Positions 1-11,879 of a stretch of DNA of 64,000 bases are shown here, piece after piece. The notes beneath the pieces were generated by a model. It was not told the DNA's origin. It saw only the letters and a program-made list of their open reading frames with translations, and searched no databases. Origin of the DNA: the human T2T-CHM13v2.0 reference genome, Homo sapiens. The position numbers and the translations under genes are program-made. Within the stretch, counting starts at the first letter, position 1. Every line of letters starts with the position of its first letter. The DNA is taken from NCBI RefSeq assembly GCF_009914755.1, contig NC_060941.1. One strand, 5' to 3'.

Positions 1-65
1 CATCATCGGGGTTGAACAAAGAAAAGATCTGCTCGCCAGACCCCAGTTTGCAATAGTTAAAAAAT

Positions 66-85
66 TGAGTCACACGTGTGAGTCA
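66..85. promoter_or_regulatory. Composite AP-1 / E-box / AP-1 element
   Basis: TGAGTCA (66-72), CACGTG (73-78) and TGAGTCA (79-85) abut with no spacer, in apparently unique DNA. Confidence 0.55.
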
Positions 86-550
86 TGAATAAAATCCAGG
101 GAAGACACACAGCCTCACTCTATCTAGTCCCCGATATTCTAAAATTGGGACTACCAAGACCTAGAAAAATGTTTTGTGAGTCTTCTTTTAATGTAGACTA
201 TGTCTTGTTTTTCTCAACACCCCAAAAGACATTTAAGGAGAGTATTGTCAGCAGCCTCAGCCCTTCTCCCTGAAGTGTGAAATAAAAGTAACACAAACAA
301 GCAGCTATATTTCCTCCAATCCCTGGGCTTTCTCTCTACCCCACGCAACATCACGACACACACATGTATTTGCTGCCTGTCTTCCTTTTCATGGCTCAAG
401 TCAGTTTGCACAGATGGTTTTCGAATTGACTTCTTTTAAAATAACTTATATTACAAAGTTGGTTTTCTGCTCCTGCCAGCCTTAACCAGAACTGCTTCCG
501 TGTGCCTCCTTAGAAACTCCCATCCCAAGCAGATCTTTCTACCTTCCACT

Positions 551-594
551 CATGCACATGTGCACACACACACCCACACCCACACACACACACG
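551..594. repeat. Imperfect (CA)n microsatellite
   Basis: catgcacatgtgcacacacacacccacacccacacacacacacg. Confidence 0.85.
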
Positions 595-698
595 TTTATT
601 CTAGTAAACTCCTACTCCTGCAGGAAATCATGAAGAACCCATATTTTGACATTTATACAGAAGTATCACCCCAGTATTTTAAAAGTTCTGTTTCACAA

Positions 699-995
699 CT
701 GTAAGCCTAGCACTCTAGAGGGCTGAGGTGAGAGGAACACTTGAGGCCAGGAGTTCGAGACCAGCCTGAGCAATGTATGTAGCAAGACCCAGTCTCTATG
801 AAATAAATAAATAAATAAAAATTAGTAAGCATGGTGGCACACACCTGTAGTTCCAGCTACTCAGGAGACTGAGGTGGAAGGATCACTTGAGCCCAGGAGT
901 TCGAGGATGCAGTGAGCTATGATCGCGCCACTGCATTCCAGCCTGGGTAACAGAGTGAGACCCTGTCTCAAAAAATAATAATAATAATAATAATT
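699..995 (+). mobile_element. AluJ, slightly 5'-truncated
   Basis: Two monomers, J-type GGATCACTTGAGCCCAGGAGTTCGAGG and GCTATGATC, (AAT)n tail. Confidence 0.93.
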
Positions 996-2591
996 CTCAG
1001 TTTCCCTAAAAGGTAGAGAATAAGAACTCCTTATAGGCAAAGTTTATATTGTGGCAATGCCCTACAGTATATAAGTAAATCTTGTGTCATATAATAAGTT
1101 TTCAAATAAAAACAATTGATGTGGGTAGTAGTAATAGAAGAGAAAGTTTTGAGATAGAACAGAGTATTATGGGCGGGTGCTTATACCTCTTAGGAGAGTA
1201 TTCTGCTGCACAGAAAGATCCCTAGAACTGCTTAGCCCATTTTATACTGGGTTTTCCAGTCTCAGTTGGTGACTAGACTAATAAAGATTGAATTCATTTT
1301 AGCTAGTACTTATTAAGCATATTATTGTCACACACCTACATATATGCATGCTCCCATCTCAGGGAACAATTGTCTTTGAAAATGCTCAACTTCTAATCAG
1401 AGTTCAGGAAGGGAACGGAAACTCCATTTTTATTCTCTTTCTTGTAGTCCAATAAGCTTATCCTGGTAAATAAATATCCCTGCTACAACCAGAAAGCAAG
1501 CTTTTGGTTTTCAATTTAGCTTCATCCATCTCCATGTTCTTAACTATGAGGAGAACGACAGAAGCTATAGGATTCTCAGGTCTACTGCAAACTCAAAGCA
1601 TTTTAGGATGCGACAGACTTCGAGAGAGAACGCTACGGATGCCTGGATTGGACTTCATGCTCAAGACGCTGTTAGGAGGCCGTTCAGAGCCACTGAATTC
1701 AATCACCATGAGCACTCCACTCTCTCTTGTATTCACTTTCAGATACATGCACTGATTTTTGTTTCATGTCAGTTTCCGCTCTTACATTTATCTTGCAAAC
1801 TAACCATTGCTAGTCTCTCCTCCCATGCAACTTTTCCAAGTGTTTGTAGGCAAATTAATAAAGACTTCGCCAGTTACCAAGGCAATTGCAATGAGGGCTC
1901 CTCAATGTGGTACCTTTATTCCAATAAGATTTTCTGTCTCCAAGGTGGAATTCCTGCCAAATTTCTCTTTTCCCCTCATTTCCCTCCTATTTGAGTAAGG
2001 TGAGAAATGAAAAGTAAAGTAGTAGGGTCGTATTTAACAGTGTCAGATGCCAGGACACACTGCTCCTTCATTGTCCCGAGGCTTTCTAAATGGAGTCAGT
2101 GCTGCCGGGAATGTTTCCTCCCTTCCAGCCCGCTTTCGCCTTCTTATAGAGTGTATCAAGCAAGTCAGTGAGCTGTGGTTTTCCTATTCAGGCCAAGGCA
2201 AGCAAGCTAAATGCACTTTGAGTGCTGAAAGGCCTCTGGGTCACTTCATGGTATGCAATGAATCAGAAACTTACCAGGGTATTGATTCATATTCAGGACA
2301 TATTTAAATGTACAAGCAATCCCTGTTTTGATTTCCATTTCCATTTTTTTAAATGTCTATGTCGAAATCTTAGGTGTGGTCAGGATTCAGATAAATATTA
2401 ACATATTACAAATCATTTAGATAATGTCTTATGTTCAATTTAGATTTCATTCTGCCATTCAGGATATTCCTTTAGAAAAATAATTTGTTTATTTATCTTT
2501 TATGTTTGTTTTTCTGCTACTATATTACTGTATGTGGGGAGGGGTGAAAAGTAAAATATATACGGCATAAGACATGAAGGTAGAGACCCAA

Positions 2592-3101
2592 TGTGATGAT
2601 TAATTTTATATGTCAACTTGACTGGGCCATGGAGTGCTCAGATACTTAGTCGAACATAATTTTGGGTGTTTCTGTAAAACTGTTTTGGGGTAAGTTTAAC
2701 ATTTAAGTTGTAAACATTTCAATCAGTAGAGCAGACAGCCCTTCCTCATGTGGGTGGGCCTTATCCAATCAGTTGAAGGCCTAAAGAGAACAAAAAGTCT
2801 GAGCTTCCCCTGAATCATGGGGAACCCCCTCCTGCATGACTGCTTGAGCTAAAACAACATTTTTTTTTTCCTGCCTTTGGACTCAACTGAAACATTAGCT
2901 CTTCCTAGGTCTCAAGCTTGCTGGCTTTCAGACTAGAACTACACCATCAGCTCTCCCAGTTTTTAGGCCTTTGGACTCAGACTGTAACTGCACCATAGGC
3001 TCTCTTAGGTCTCCAACTTGCTGACTGCAGCTCCTGGAGCTGACTTGTCAGCCTTCATAATCACTTGAGCCCATTCCTCTTTCTCTCTGTGTGTGTGTGT
3101 A

Positions 3102-3134
<33 letters not shown>

Positions 3135-3300
3135 GTGTGTGTATATATATATATGTGTGTATATATATATGTGCATATATATGTATGTATGTATGGAGAT
3201 ATATATATAGATATATATAGATGGATATAGATAGATAGATAGAAAGATAGATACATAATCTCCATCCCATTGGTCTGTTTCTCTGGAGAATCCCAATATA
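2592..3300 (+). mobile_element. MLT2 (ERVL) solo LTR
   Basis: Starts TGTGATGATTAATTTTATATGTCAACTTGACTGGGCC and ends ATTGGTCTGTTTCTCTGGAGAATCC-AATATA, both MLT2 termini. Confidence 0.88.
3088..3254. repeat. Compound (TG)n/(TA)n/(TAGA)n microsatellite inside MLT2
   Basis: Directly visible; source of the low-complexity ORFs at 3005-3305. Confidence 0.95.
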
Positions 3301-4039
3301 TTCAACTTCTTGTCAAGTACCTTCAGGATCTTAATAGATTCACTACACTCTCTAAGGTTTCTTTTCCCCTTATGTAACTGCGACAGAAAAAATGTTCAAA
3401 TGCCTCCCAGTGACACTGAGATGATAAAAAGATAAATCGCAAAGAGATCCTAGAAGAATACACCATAGATATCCCCATGCACTAAGAAAATCTTTCTTAT
3501 GGTTTTGTCCAGAAGAACCTAGCAACCTTTCAGCTCTGACTGAAAGTGGAAGACTTAGCTCTCCATCATTGGCAAGGAAAAGCTGTCGTGTGCTGGCCTT
3601 AACCATTGAGATATTCCTTATTCCTTCTGAAAACTTGTCTCTTTTGGTGGAAAGGAATGGAATCTTATTCATAATCTTTTAACAATAAATAAACCCTAGG
3701 TGCTTAACATGAAGTAATTGAATGTGGACCTGTCTCTAATCAGAGAAAAATCGTACTTGAAATATTTTTTGTGTAAGACAAATCCTTTTTTAAAACGTTG
3801 TACTCCAGCTCTTAATGATAACAAAAAAGAGCAGAATTTTACATTATTTAAAAAGTCTCCATTTTAATGGTTCAAAATTTGGTGGACATAAAATTAACCA
3901 ATATTTTTAAGAAATACCATTTTTATATTAGATTTGATTTATACAACTACACATACATTCCACATCCTGTCCTAGCACAATATTTTCACATTTAATAACT
4001 ATTTACGTGAGTGAGTAGCTAAATGGCTGGAAAGTAATA

Positions 4040-4275
4040 TTGCATGGTTGTGGAAAATACAGACTGACTCAGACTGACGGAGGTAGAGTCATGCCTTTAC
4101 AAATTAATAAGTATATGACATTGCAAAAATTACTGAAACTCAAGACTTGGTCTTAACATCTACAAAATGGGATGATAGTAGTAGTGAGCCTTAAAGGAGC
4201 TAGTACATTGCATACTGTTCATTCAGCAATATACCTAGCACATAGTAAGTTTTCAATAAATACTATCACTGATTA
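4040..4275 (+). mobile_element. MIR
   Basis: Core CATCTACAAAATGGGATGATAGTA and 3' CCTAGCACATAGTAAG..CAATAAAT; boundaries approximate. Confidence 0.7.
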
Positions 4276-4620
4276 TTAGAATGATGACCTATAAATTGAT
4301 CAGAAGTGCCAGAGGTAACACTTTCTAACTGTAGCTGTACTGCTACTAAAGAAGGATAACCACCTTCTCAAATTGGTACTCCTTTTCCAAAGAAAGGTAT
4401 AACAGGAAGGGAAAGATGATGCAGGGCAAACTGACCATCATGAAGTACACATTCTTCTTGATGCTTTCCTTGGAGGTTCTCAGAAGAGACTGGTGAGGAA
4501 ACTGAGTCATGGACATGACATAATCTCAAATATGATTATAACACTGAAAAGGACATGGGTTTCTTTTTTTATGTAGCACATTGACATAAAATGAATGCAT
4601 GATACAATGGAATTACTTGC

Positions 4621-4995
4621 TCTATTAGTCTGTTCTCATGCTGCTAATAAAGAAATACCCAAGACTAATTATTTATAATTAGGATAATTTATAAAGGAAA
4701 AAGGTTTCATTGAATCACAGTTCAGCATGGCTGGGGAGGCCTCACAATCATGGCAGGAGGCTAATGAAGAGCAAAGTCATGTCTTACATGGCGGCAGGCA
4801 AGAGAGCATGTGCAGGGGAGCTCCCCTTTACAAAACCATCAGCTCTCTTGAGACTTATTCATTATCATGAATACAGCAAGGGAAAAACCCACCTCCGTGA
4901 TTCAATTACCTCCCACTGGGTCCCTCCCATGACACATGGGGATGATTACAATTCAAGGTGAGCTCTGGGTGGAGATACAAAGCCAAACCATATCA
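4621..4995 (-). mobile_element. THE1 (MaLR) solo LTR
   Basis: Reverse THE1 consensus ending AGCCAAACCATATCA; perfect 5-bp TSD CTTGC (4616-4620 / 4996-5000). Confidence 0.95.
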
Positions 4996-5279
4996 CTTGC
5001 CATCAGGAATAATAATTCATACACCAATGAGAATAGAGAAGGGAAGGGGAAATAGGGAAGAAAGGATATGAAGAACAGAGAAGGGAAGGGGGAAAAAAGA
5101 GAATGAAGGAAAAGCTGGAAGCTGCATCTGTAGATAGAAATATTAGCACTTTATTTTGCTTTCTTTTTAACTAAACATGACTGGTTCAATGGAAAAGGCA
5201 GAAGCTTTTCAATGGAAAAGGCAGAGCAATCCCTATGATTGCTCTTTTCTCACTTGGTGTTTACTTCCATGTCCCAAAT

Positions 5280-5856
5280 AGGCTCCAGAAGATCCTTCTC
5301 AAAAGTTACATTTTACTGTGTCTTTCATCCACTCAACAGCCTTTGATGGCATCACATCCAACTCAGAGTAAAACCCAGCGTCTTTGCAATGCCTCACACA
5401 CCCTATGTCTTTTGGTCCTGCCCACCTCTCTCATCTCCTGCCGTCACATTCTACACCAACCACACTGGCTTCCTCACTGAGCTTCCAGGAGGCCTTTGCA
5501 CTGGCTGCTCCCTCCATGGAATACTTCCCCTAGATAATCATATGTCTCTCTCCTTCACCTTCCTCTAGTCCCTACATAAATGTTCCTTTATTAGAAATAT
5601 CTTCCATAGCCTAATCCCCCATCAGCCTCTTCCAGTGTCATAGTTTACCCTGGTACTTACTGTCACCTCTATGTACATAATGTTTGTTTGATTCTATATG
5701 TCTTCACTTCCTGTCCCCCCCTTACCACCACCACTAGAATGTCAGCTCTGGGAGAGCATGGACAGTATACAGTTTACTGCTCTTATATATCAAGCCTCAA
5801 CAAATGACAACTCATAATTAGCACTCAAATATATTGTTAAATATGTAAGTGAATAG
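5280..5856 (+). mobile_element. L2 3' fragment
   Basis: GCCTTTGCACTGGCTGCTCCCTCC, CACTAGAATGTCAGCTC, terminal GCACTCAAATATATTGTTAAAT; boundaries approximate. Confidence 0.8.
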
Positions 5857-5868
5857 AAAAGAAAGCAG

Positions 5869-5996
5869 GGAGGTGGACAGGGAAGGAGGTGGACAGGGAA
5901 GGAGGTGGACAGGGAAGGAGGTGGACAGGGAAGGAGGTGGACAGGGAAGGAGGTGGACAGGGAAGGAGGTGGACAGGGAAGGAGGGGAAGAGGGAA
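5869..5996. repeat. 16-bp minisatellite (GGAGGTGGACAGGGAA)7 plus one degenerate copy
   Basis: Seven perfect units at 5869-5980, then a variant unit at 5981-5996. Confidence 0.97.
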
Positions 5997-6010
5997 GGAG
6001 AGAAGGTCAT

Positions 6011-6375
6011 TGATATGGTTTGGCTGTGTCCCCACCCAAATCTCACGTTGAATTGTAGCTCCCATAATTTCCATGTGTCATGGGAGGGACCTGGGTGGGA
6101 GGTAATTGAATCACGGGGCAGAGTCTTTCCTACACTGTTCTCATGATAGTGAATAAGTCTCAGAAGATCCGATGGTTTTATAAAGGGGAGTTCCCCTGCA
6201 CAAACTCTCCCATCTGCCACTATGTAAGATGTGACTTTGCTCCTCAGTCACCTTCAGACATGATTATGAGGCCTCCCCAGCCATGTGGAACTGTGAGTCC
6301 ATTAATCCTTCTTACTTTATAAATTACCCAGTCTCAGGTATGTCTTCATTAACAGCATGAGGACAGACTAATATA
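6011..6375 (+). mobile_element. THE1 solo LTR
   Basis: TGATATGGTTTGGCTGTGTCCCCACCCAAATCTC...GACTAATATA; perfect TSD GTCAT. Confidence 0.96.
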
Positions 6376-6689
6376 GTCATTTACCGCTTGTGGATCAGCT
6401 TACTTAAAATAATTTCACCTAGATGCAGGCTCAGTCTTCCTTTTATACACAGCTATGGCCTGGCTAGCAGATGTGTGAGCTACTTGGTCCTTTACGTTAA
6501 GAACGCTGAAAGGCAAGGCAACAGGAAGCCAATGGCCCCACCACAGCACACTTACATCAGGCTCTGCAGTATCATATGGGAAAAGCAGATAAATCACAGG
6601 TGGATCATGGACATTACATAGAAAGCCACTGCTGCAGTCCAAGGCCACTCCAATCCTTAATGTCTTCTCTGTACTAGTGTTTCTCAAGC

Positions 6690-6915
6690 TCCACTAATAG
6701 CTATCAGTCACTTAACACAATGCTAAGCTCTTTACCGAATGTTTTATCTATCATAATCTCATTTAATCTTTGGAACAACTCTGAGCAGGAGGTGTTATAA
6801 TCCCATTTTTACAGATGACAGAACAGACTTAGGTAAAGTGGTTCACCCAATTTCACACAATGAATACACAACAAACCCGGGTTGGGAAAAGAGGCTGTCA
6901 GACTCCAAATACCAA
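6690..6915 (-). mobile_element. MIR
   Basis: ATCTCATTTAATC...CCCATTTTTACAGATGA core; boundaries approximate. Confidence 0.75.
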
Positions 6916-7789
6916 AACCTCCAAAAACCTCTACCCATCCTGCCTTCTAATTGTCCAGCTACCGTACCCGAACCTGTCTTTCAAAGACTGAATCCCATAA
7001 GGATACAAACAAAAAAAACCTCTACTCTCCCTGATATGGCCATTGATCTACTGGACATGAATACTGTCATTACCTTTTTGTCAACGGCCCAAAAAAATGC
7101 AGCAGTATTATAAGAAATGCTTTTGCTTGCTATTACATTTTACACATTAAAACTACAATGCATCAGTAGTTTGAAACTGTTGTAATGCTACTGATTACTC
7201 AGTTTGCTGCCATGATATCTACAAAATATAAATATGATAAAGTAAAAGCAAACATGTTATTGTCCTATTGAGAGCAGGACTTGCAGAAGATGCTAGGGCC
7301 AGCCTCTCTGCAGTGTGGGAGATGTGGGAGTTGAGAGGGAGGGAATTCTCTGTCATTTTTATAAAAACTTTGTGTGCCACATACAGTATATCTGTGTCTC
7401 GATGGATCATAACATTATCAGTCAAAAACTGCTTTTTAGATCTCCCAACCTTTTGACTCAATCAAGGAAGAGTCATTACTTCTAAGCATGGCAATCTATA
7501 CTTTATCTTAAAAAAGGGGAAAAAATCATTAGGCAGAGTTTCTAATGAAATAAGTAGAAAGAAGGAAGAATGATACATACATGCTGTCTTACCTTCTTTC
7601 CCTTGATGTTAAAATGGAAAGCCACGCTATTTACATGCCTAGGAGTCCCATACTTAGCGTAATTATTATGAATAATGTTCCAGAGACAAGTTTAGGTTTT
7701 CTTCTCCTAGAAATACTTTGAGAAGGTAGAAGAGATGAGAGAGTAGGAGAGATGGAATTTGCATATCCTTATAAAATAACCTCTAAAAC

Positions 7790-7965
7790 CTATGCTTATG
7801 ATAGACCCTGTGCTAGAGGATTGCATATACATTATTTCATTTGATTTTCACCACCTTGAAAAAGATATAATAACCATTTACTATTAAAGAAACTGAAGCT
7901 CAGAGGATTTAAGTGATTTATCCCAAGGCCACATTGCCATTTAGGAGGCAGACTGTTTGGGCCAG
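7790..7965 (-). mobile_element. MIR
   Basis: GAAACTGAAGCTCAGAGGATTTAAGTGATTTATCCCAAGGCCACA. Confidence 0.75.
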
Positions 7966-8158
7966 ATCCATGGGTTTTCCTGCTACTCCTGTTGCCCCAG
8001 ATGGATACAGCATGTGTTACTCCCGAGATGGCATTGCTATGAGCCTCAACATTCACAAATAAATTGCAAGGTTACCAAATTCTCAACATTTACAAGAAAC
8101 AAAAAAATGACTAGGCAGATTTTCTACATTATAGGATCCTTAACAGAAATAAAAAAGC

Positions 8159-8470
8159 AGCCCGGGCACAGTGACTCATGCCTGTAATCCCAACACTTTG
8201 GGAGGCCAAGGCGGGCAGATCACCTGAGGTCAGGAGTTCAAGACCAGCCTAGCCAACATGGTGAAACCCCGTCTCTACTAAAAATACAAAAATCATCCAG
8301 GCATGGTAGCACATGCCTGTAGTCCCAGCTACTTGGGAGGCTGAGGCAGGAGAACCGCTTGGGAGGCAGACGTTGCAGTGAGCCGAGTTTGTGCCACTGC
8401 ATCATTCCAGCCTGGGTGACAGAGCAAGACTCTGTTTCAAAAAATAAAAATAAATAAAAAAATAAAAAAC
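8159..8470 (+). mobile_element. AluS (Sx-like)
   Basis: Full dimer, GATCACCTGAGGTCAGGAGTTCAAGACCAGCC, A-rich tail. Confidence 0.95.
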
Positions 8471-9090
8471 AAAAGAGCAACCAACCAACCAAACCAGAGT
8501 CGATCAGCCACTTTAAGTGTCCTCTCAGCTTTTAGGCCACAGCAGACCGTTCTAATTGGCCACTTCCTCTCTGTTCACTAGAGAGTTCCAAATTGGATTA
8601 ATATCTTATCCGATCTGTAAGTGCTGTTCCGTCTTTGTGAGCAAACCTATCCGGGTTTTTCCAGCTTACAGGCTGCCAGTCCCTTGGTGAAGTCAAAATA
8701 GCAATTTTCTTATTCTGTTACTAGCTCTACTCAGTTAACTCAGATTAAGAAAAATTATCACCTTGTTTTGAAAGAACTCTGACTTCACAGGGGCCATGGT
8801 TATGCTAGTTTCAGAACCTCTGTCCTCTGAGGTCATGGAATACAGTAGCTATGTGGAAGTAATGGATTAGAAGAGAAAAATGAGATCTCCTTCCGCTTCC
8901 TCCTCATTAATATTTCCAAAGATCTCTGAGTCGTTGCCAAAACTGTGACTGAGCATTCACATGGGTTTTCAAGGCAGGTTCAGTGTTTGCTTAAGTTATA
9001 TGGTAACCTTATCAGTTTCACTTCATAAGCCCATCGCAGTTCAGTTTGATTTTAGGTTTCTGAAGTGGAGTTGGTAATTTCTAATAGATG

Positions 9091-9267
9091 TCAACTACTA
9101 CAAAGTTCAGATGTGGAACCAGACATATTTGGGCTGCAAGTTTTTGGAAAACTGGAGCTGACTCTCTTGAGAGATTTCCAACAGGGAGGGGCTAGCACCT
9201 TTTTGCCAAGTTTAGACCCCATTCCAAATCCAACAGGGTTAGAACCCTCAATCTTGGCTTGAAAATT
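9091..9267 (-). other. Candidate spliced exon (3' part of a putative 109-aa ORF; 3' end of exon unknown)
   Basis: Acceptor ctccccctcatcttgcag|AATTTT; phase-0 open frame NFQAK...ELCSS-stop. Confidence 0.28.
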
Positions 9268-9523
9268 CTGCAAGATGAGGGGGAGTTCTGTTTTATTTTC
9301 CTCTAATTTAGCAGAAGTCTTCTTAGCTTTCAGAATTATGCCCAAGGGAACCATGTATAGACTTTTAGTGGCTCTGATAAAAATAAAACCTACTTTCAAT
9401 GACTTAATATGATTTTTTTAATGTTTTTATGGTTTTGATCCTACCCAGCCAAATGCATCTGCAGTTCCTAGTTTCATTGTCTTAGCATGATTGACAGGGA
9501 TCTATTCATTGGAGAACACTCAC

Positions 9524-9560
9524 CTGTAAATATATCTCAGGAAATAATTTTTTTATCTCC
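9524..9560 (-). other. Candidate 37-nt cassette exon
   Basis: Consensus donor CAG|GTGAGT after 9524; modest acceptor tctaacttttag|GG. Confidence 0.2.
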
Positions 9561-10689
9561 CTAAAAGTTAGAGTTAAATCACTCCTCTAAAACTAATTGT
9601 TTCTGCCCAATAGCAAAAGTCACTGCTTGGCAGGTAAATTATGCAAATGCAATTTGTCTATGCTCCATGTTATTTCTGTGTATGGAAAAGTTGTCATGGC
9701 CAGGGCAATCTATATTAATAGAATGAGTAGAAGAAACAAGGAGTGGCCTATATGGACTGGATAGGACCTGTGTAGAAAATGGAAGGAAAGCGGGGCTTAA
9801 GTCAGGAGACCTTGGTTAAAGCCCCAGTTCTGCCACTCACTCACTGTGATCTATCAATGGCAAGTTATTTAATTACTGATCTTGGCTGTAAAAGAGGAAA
9901 AACAATACCTGCTTTATCTTGAGGGAAGATAACGTATATGAAAGTACAGCATAACTACACACATAGACAAAATTCTAGGAACCGTAAAAAAATGCTTATC
10001 CTGAATTCTATAGTCTGCATCCATTTCAGAGGATATGAAATAGGATCGGCTTAGATCATCCAATGTCTTTATATTCCTATAACATGATGCAATTTTTTAG
10101 GAACAAAATAACTGGTGACTGTAGAAAACTTAATAGAAATCTTCTTCCCAAGTCTGTCTCTGGATTTGCCCGTAAAAGGATCTCCTTTAAAACAAAGTCT
10201 GGAAAAGACCAATGATGATGACTGTCCCAGACTGGCAATGAGCAAAGCCTCCCTCTTCTTATTAGGGACCAATTAATATTCATGTAGTCCCAACCCTGAA
10301 GGGATTTAGCTCCAGCATTTCATAAAACTGAAGTAATCCATCATCCAAAAAGGGCAAAGAGGCAAAATTTCTGAGCCCTTTTTCTCAAACTCCATTAGAA
10401 AATGTAAGCTCACGTTACTTCCCCTCCCTAACCCTTTCCTGCTTTATGAAGTGAGACTATTGTGGATAACTGTGGTCTCGTAATGCATTTTTGGCCAGCC
10501 AAGGCAGTACCATGGCTTCAGAAACTCTCTTTAGTAGGAGTTGGCCAGTGTTCTATTGTTTGCGTCTGGGACATGGCCAGTGGAGTTCGGACATCTGCCC
10601 ATTGTGTGAGTTCCTTGGGCGCCAGAGGGCTGAAGCTCATTATTCCACTGGGAATTATGCCTCTGTTCCTTGAAAAGGGAGTGACTCAC

Positions 10690-10892
10690 CAACAACCCTC
10701 TATCACATCTGACATTTGGAAGACGAAAATCCTTTGTGAGTTCCAAGTTTAATTTTGTGGGTGAGTTTCTTATTCTAACCAAGCTGATCCATAAAGGTAT
10801 TGACTGGAGTTTGTTCTTTGGTAAGAAATTTGGGAATCCCATTTCTAGATGTGCCTAGGATTATGCCAATCCAAACAGTCTATCCCCTCTGG
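10690..10892 (-). other. Candidate internal exon (203 nt) containing an ATG at 10842
   Basis: Strong acceptor ttgttctctctttttatcctctggttttgcag|CC and donor TTG|GTGAGT; apparently unique DNA. Confidence 0.4.
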
Positions 10893-11498
10893 CTGCAAAA
10901 CCAGAGGATAAAAAGAGAGAACAAGCATCACAAGAGGCAGCAGGGGCAGTGCTGGCATGGTATAAGGAGCTGGCAAATTTCTCAGTTCTCTCAATAATTT
11001 TGCTTTTTTCACACCCCTTCCTTTTAATTCTATTGCAACCCATTCCAAGACCTCTGAGAATCTCAATAAACAGTTCTATTTTTATCTCCTACTTTTGTTA
11101 TTAACTAGTAATGGCACATTGGAAAAGCTTATAATCCAAAGTTTCAATTTTTTGCCTTGAAAATGGGCACTATATTAGCATGTACCACACAAGGCAGTGA
11201 AGACTAAATTGCTTAGTATGAGAGCATGGTACATAATAAATGCTCAGTAAAAGTCCGAGATAAAAATGATGACAATGATGGGGTTTACAAATAGCTCAGC
11301 ACAGTAGTTAGCATGTAATAATGACTTGATAAATGATGAGAATTATTATTAAAATTATATTATTACTTTTTCTAAGTAAAGGGTGAGAAGAGCTCAGTCA
11401 GCTTATTTGTTAAAGTTTATTTAGACTATTTCCCATTAAGGTAAACACCTGGCTTTGGCCAGGCCTGAAATTGAGGCTTGACCTTGAAATGCCATCAC

Positions 11499-11752
11499 CT
11501 CTGCTGTTCTGTGACCTTGCTCCCAGCACCCGTTGACCAACATTTTAGTTCCTTAAGAGGTTCTAACCTAGCCTTTATGGCTAACAATAGCCAATAACTT
11601 CCAGGAAAACAAAAAGCAGGATATTGGGGTCTCTTGGCCTCTGCATCAAAGAACAGCTGGATCCAATTCAGAGCTTTAACTGAAGAAAGAAAGAAAAATG
11701 GATGCCCTTCCTCTGGTCGTATGTCAACTTTTACCGACTGTGTCTCTACCAC
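11499..11752 (-). other. Candidate exon (donor uncertain)
   Basis: Strong acceptor ctccatttgcatctgttcttgcag|GT; weak donor GAG|GTGATG. Confidence 0.3.
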
Positions 11753-11879
11753 CTGCAAGAACAGATGCAAATGGAGTGTTTTTATTAGGGTAAATCTTCC
11801 AGCAGATTATAAGAAATGGCCCTGCAAGAAACCAGTCCCATTGGGAATTAGTTGACAACACCCTCTGTGGATGCTGCGG

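Noticed and set aside
1504-1998. Overlapping ORFs including a WIGLH motif reminiscent of C-type lectins
   Set aside because: No other CTLD motifs or cysteine spacing, no convincing splice context and no recognisable parent gene
3005-3305. Tyr/Ile/His-rich ORFs
   Set aside because: Translations of a microsatellite
5185-5225. Short direct duplications (18 bp here; also near 18974 and 59197)
   Set aside because: Ordinary slippage events with no functional cue
5790-6220. Repetitive Pro-rich / Gly-rich ORFs and a CRISPR-like look
   Set aside because: A 16-bp tandem repeat with no spacers, plus THE1 sequence
11495-11770. 91-aa minus ORF (VVETQ...) or a GGRDTVGKS terminal coding exon
   Set aside because: No recognisable homology; read-through into the next candidate exon hits a stop within a few codons
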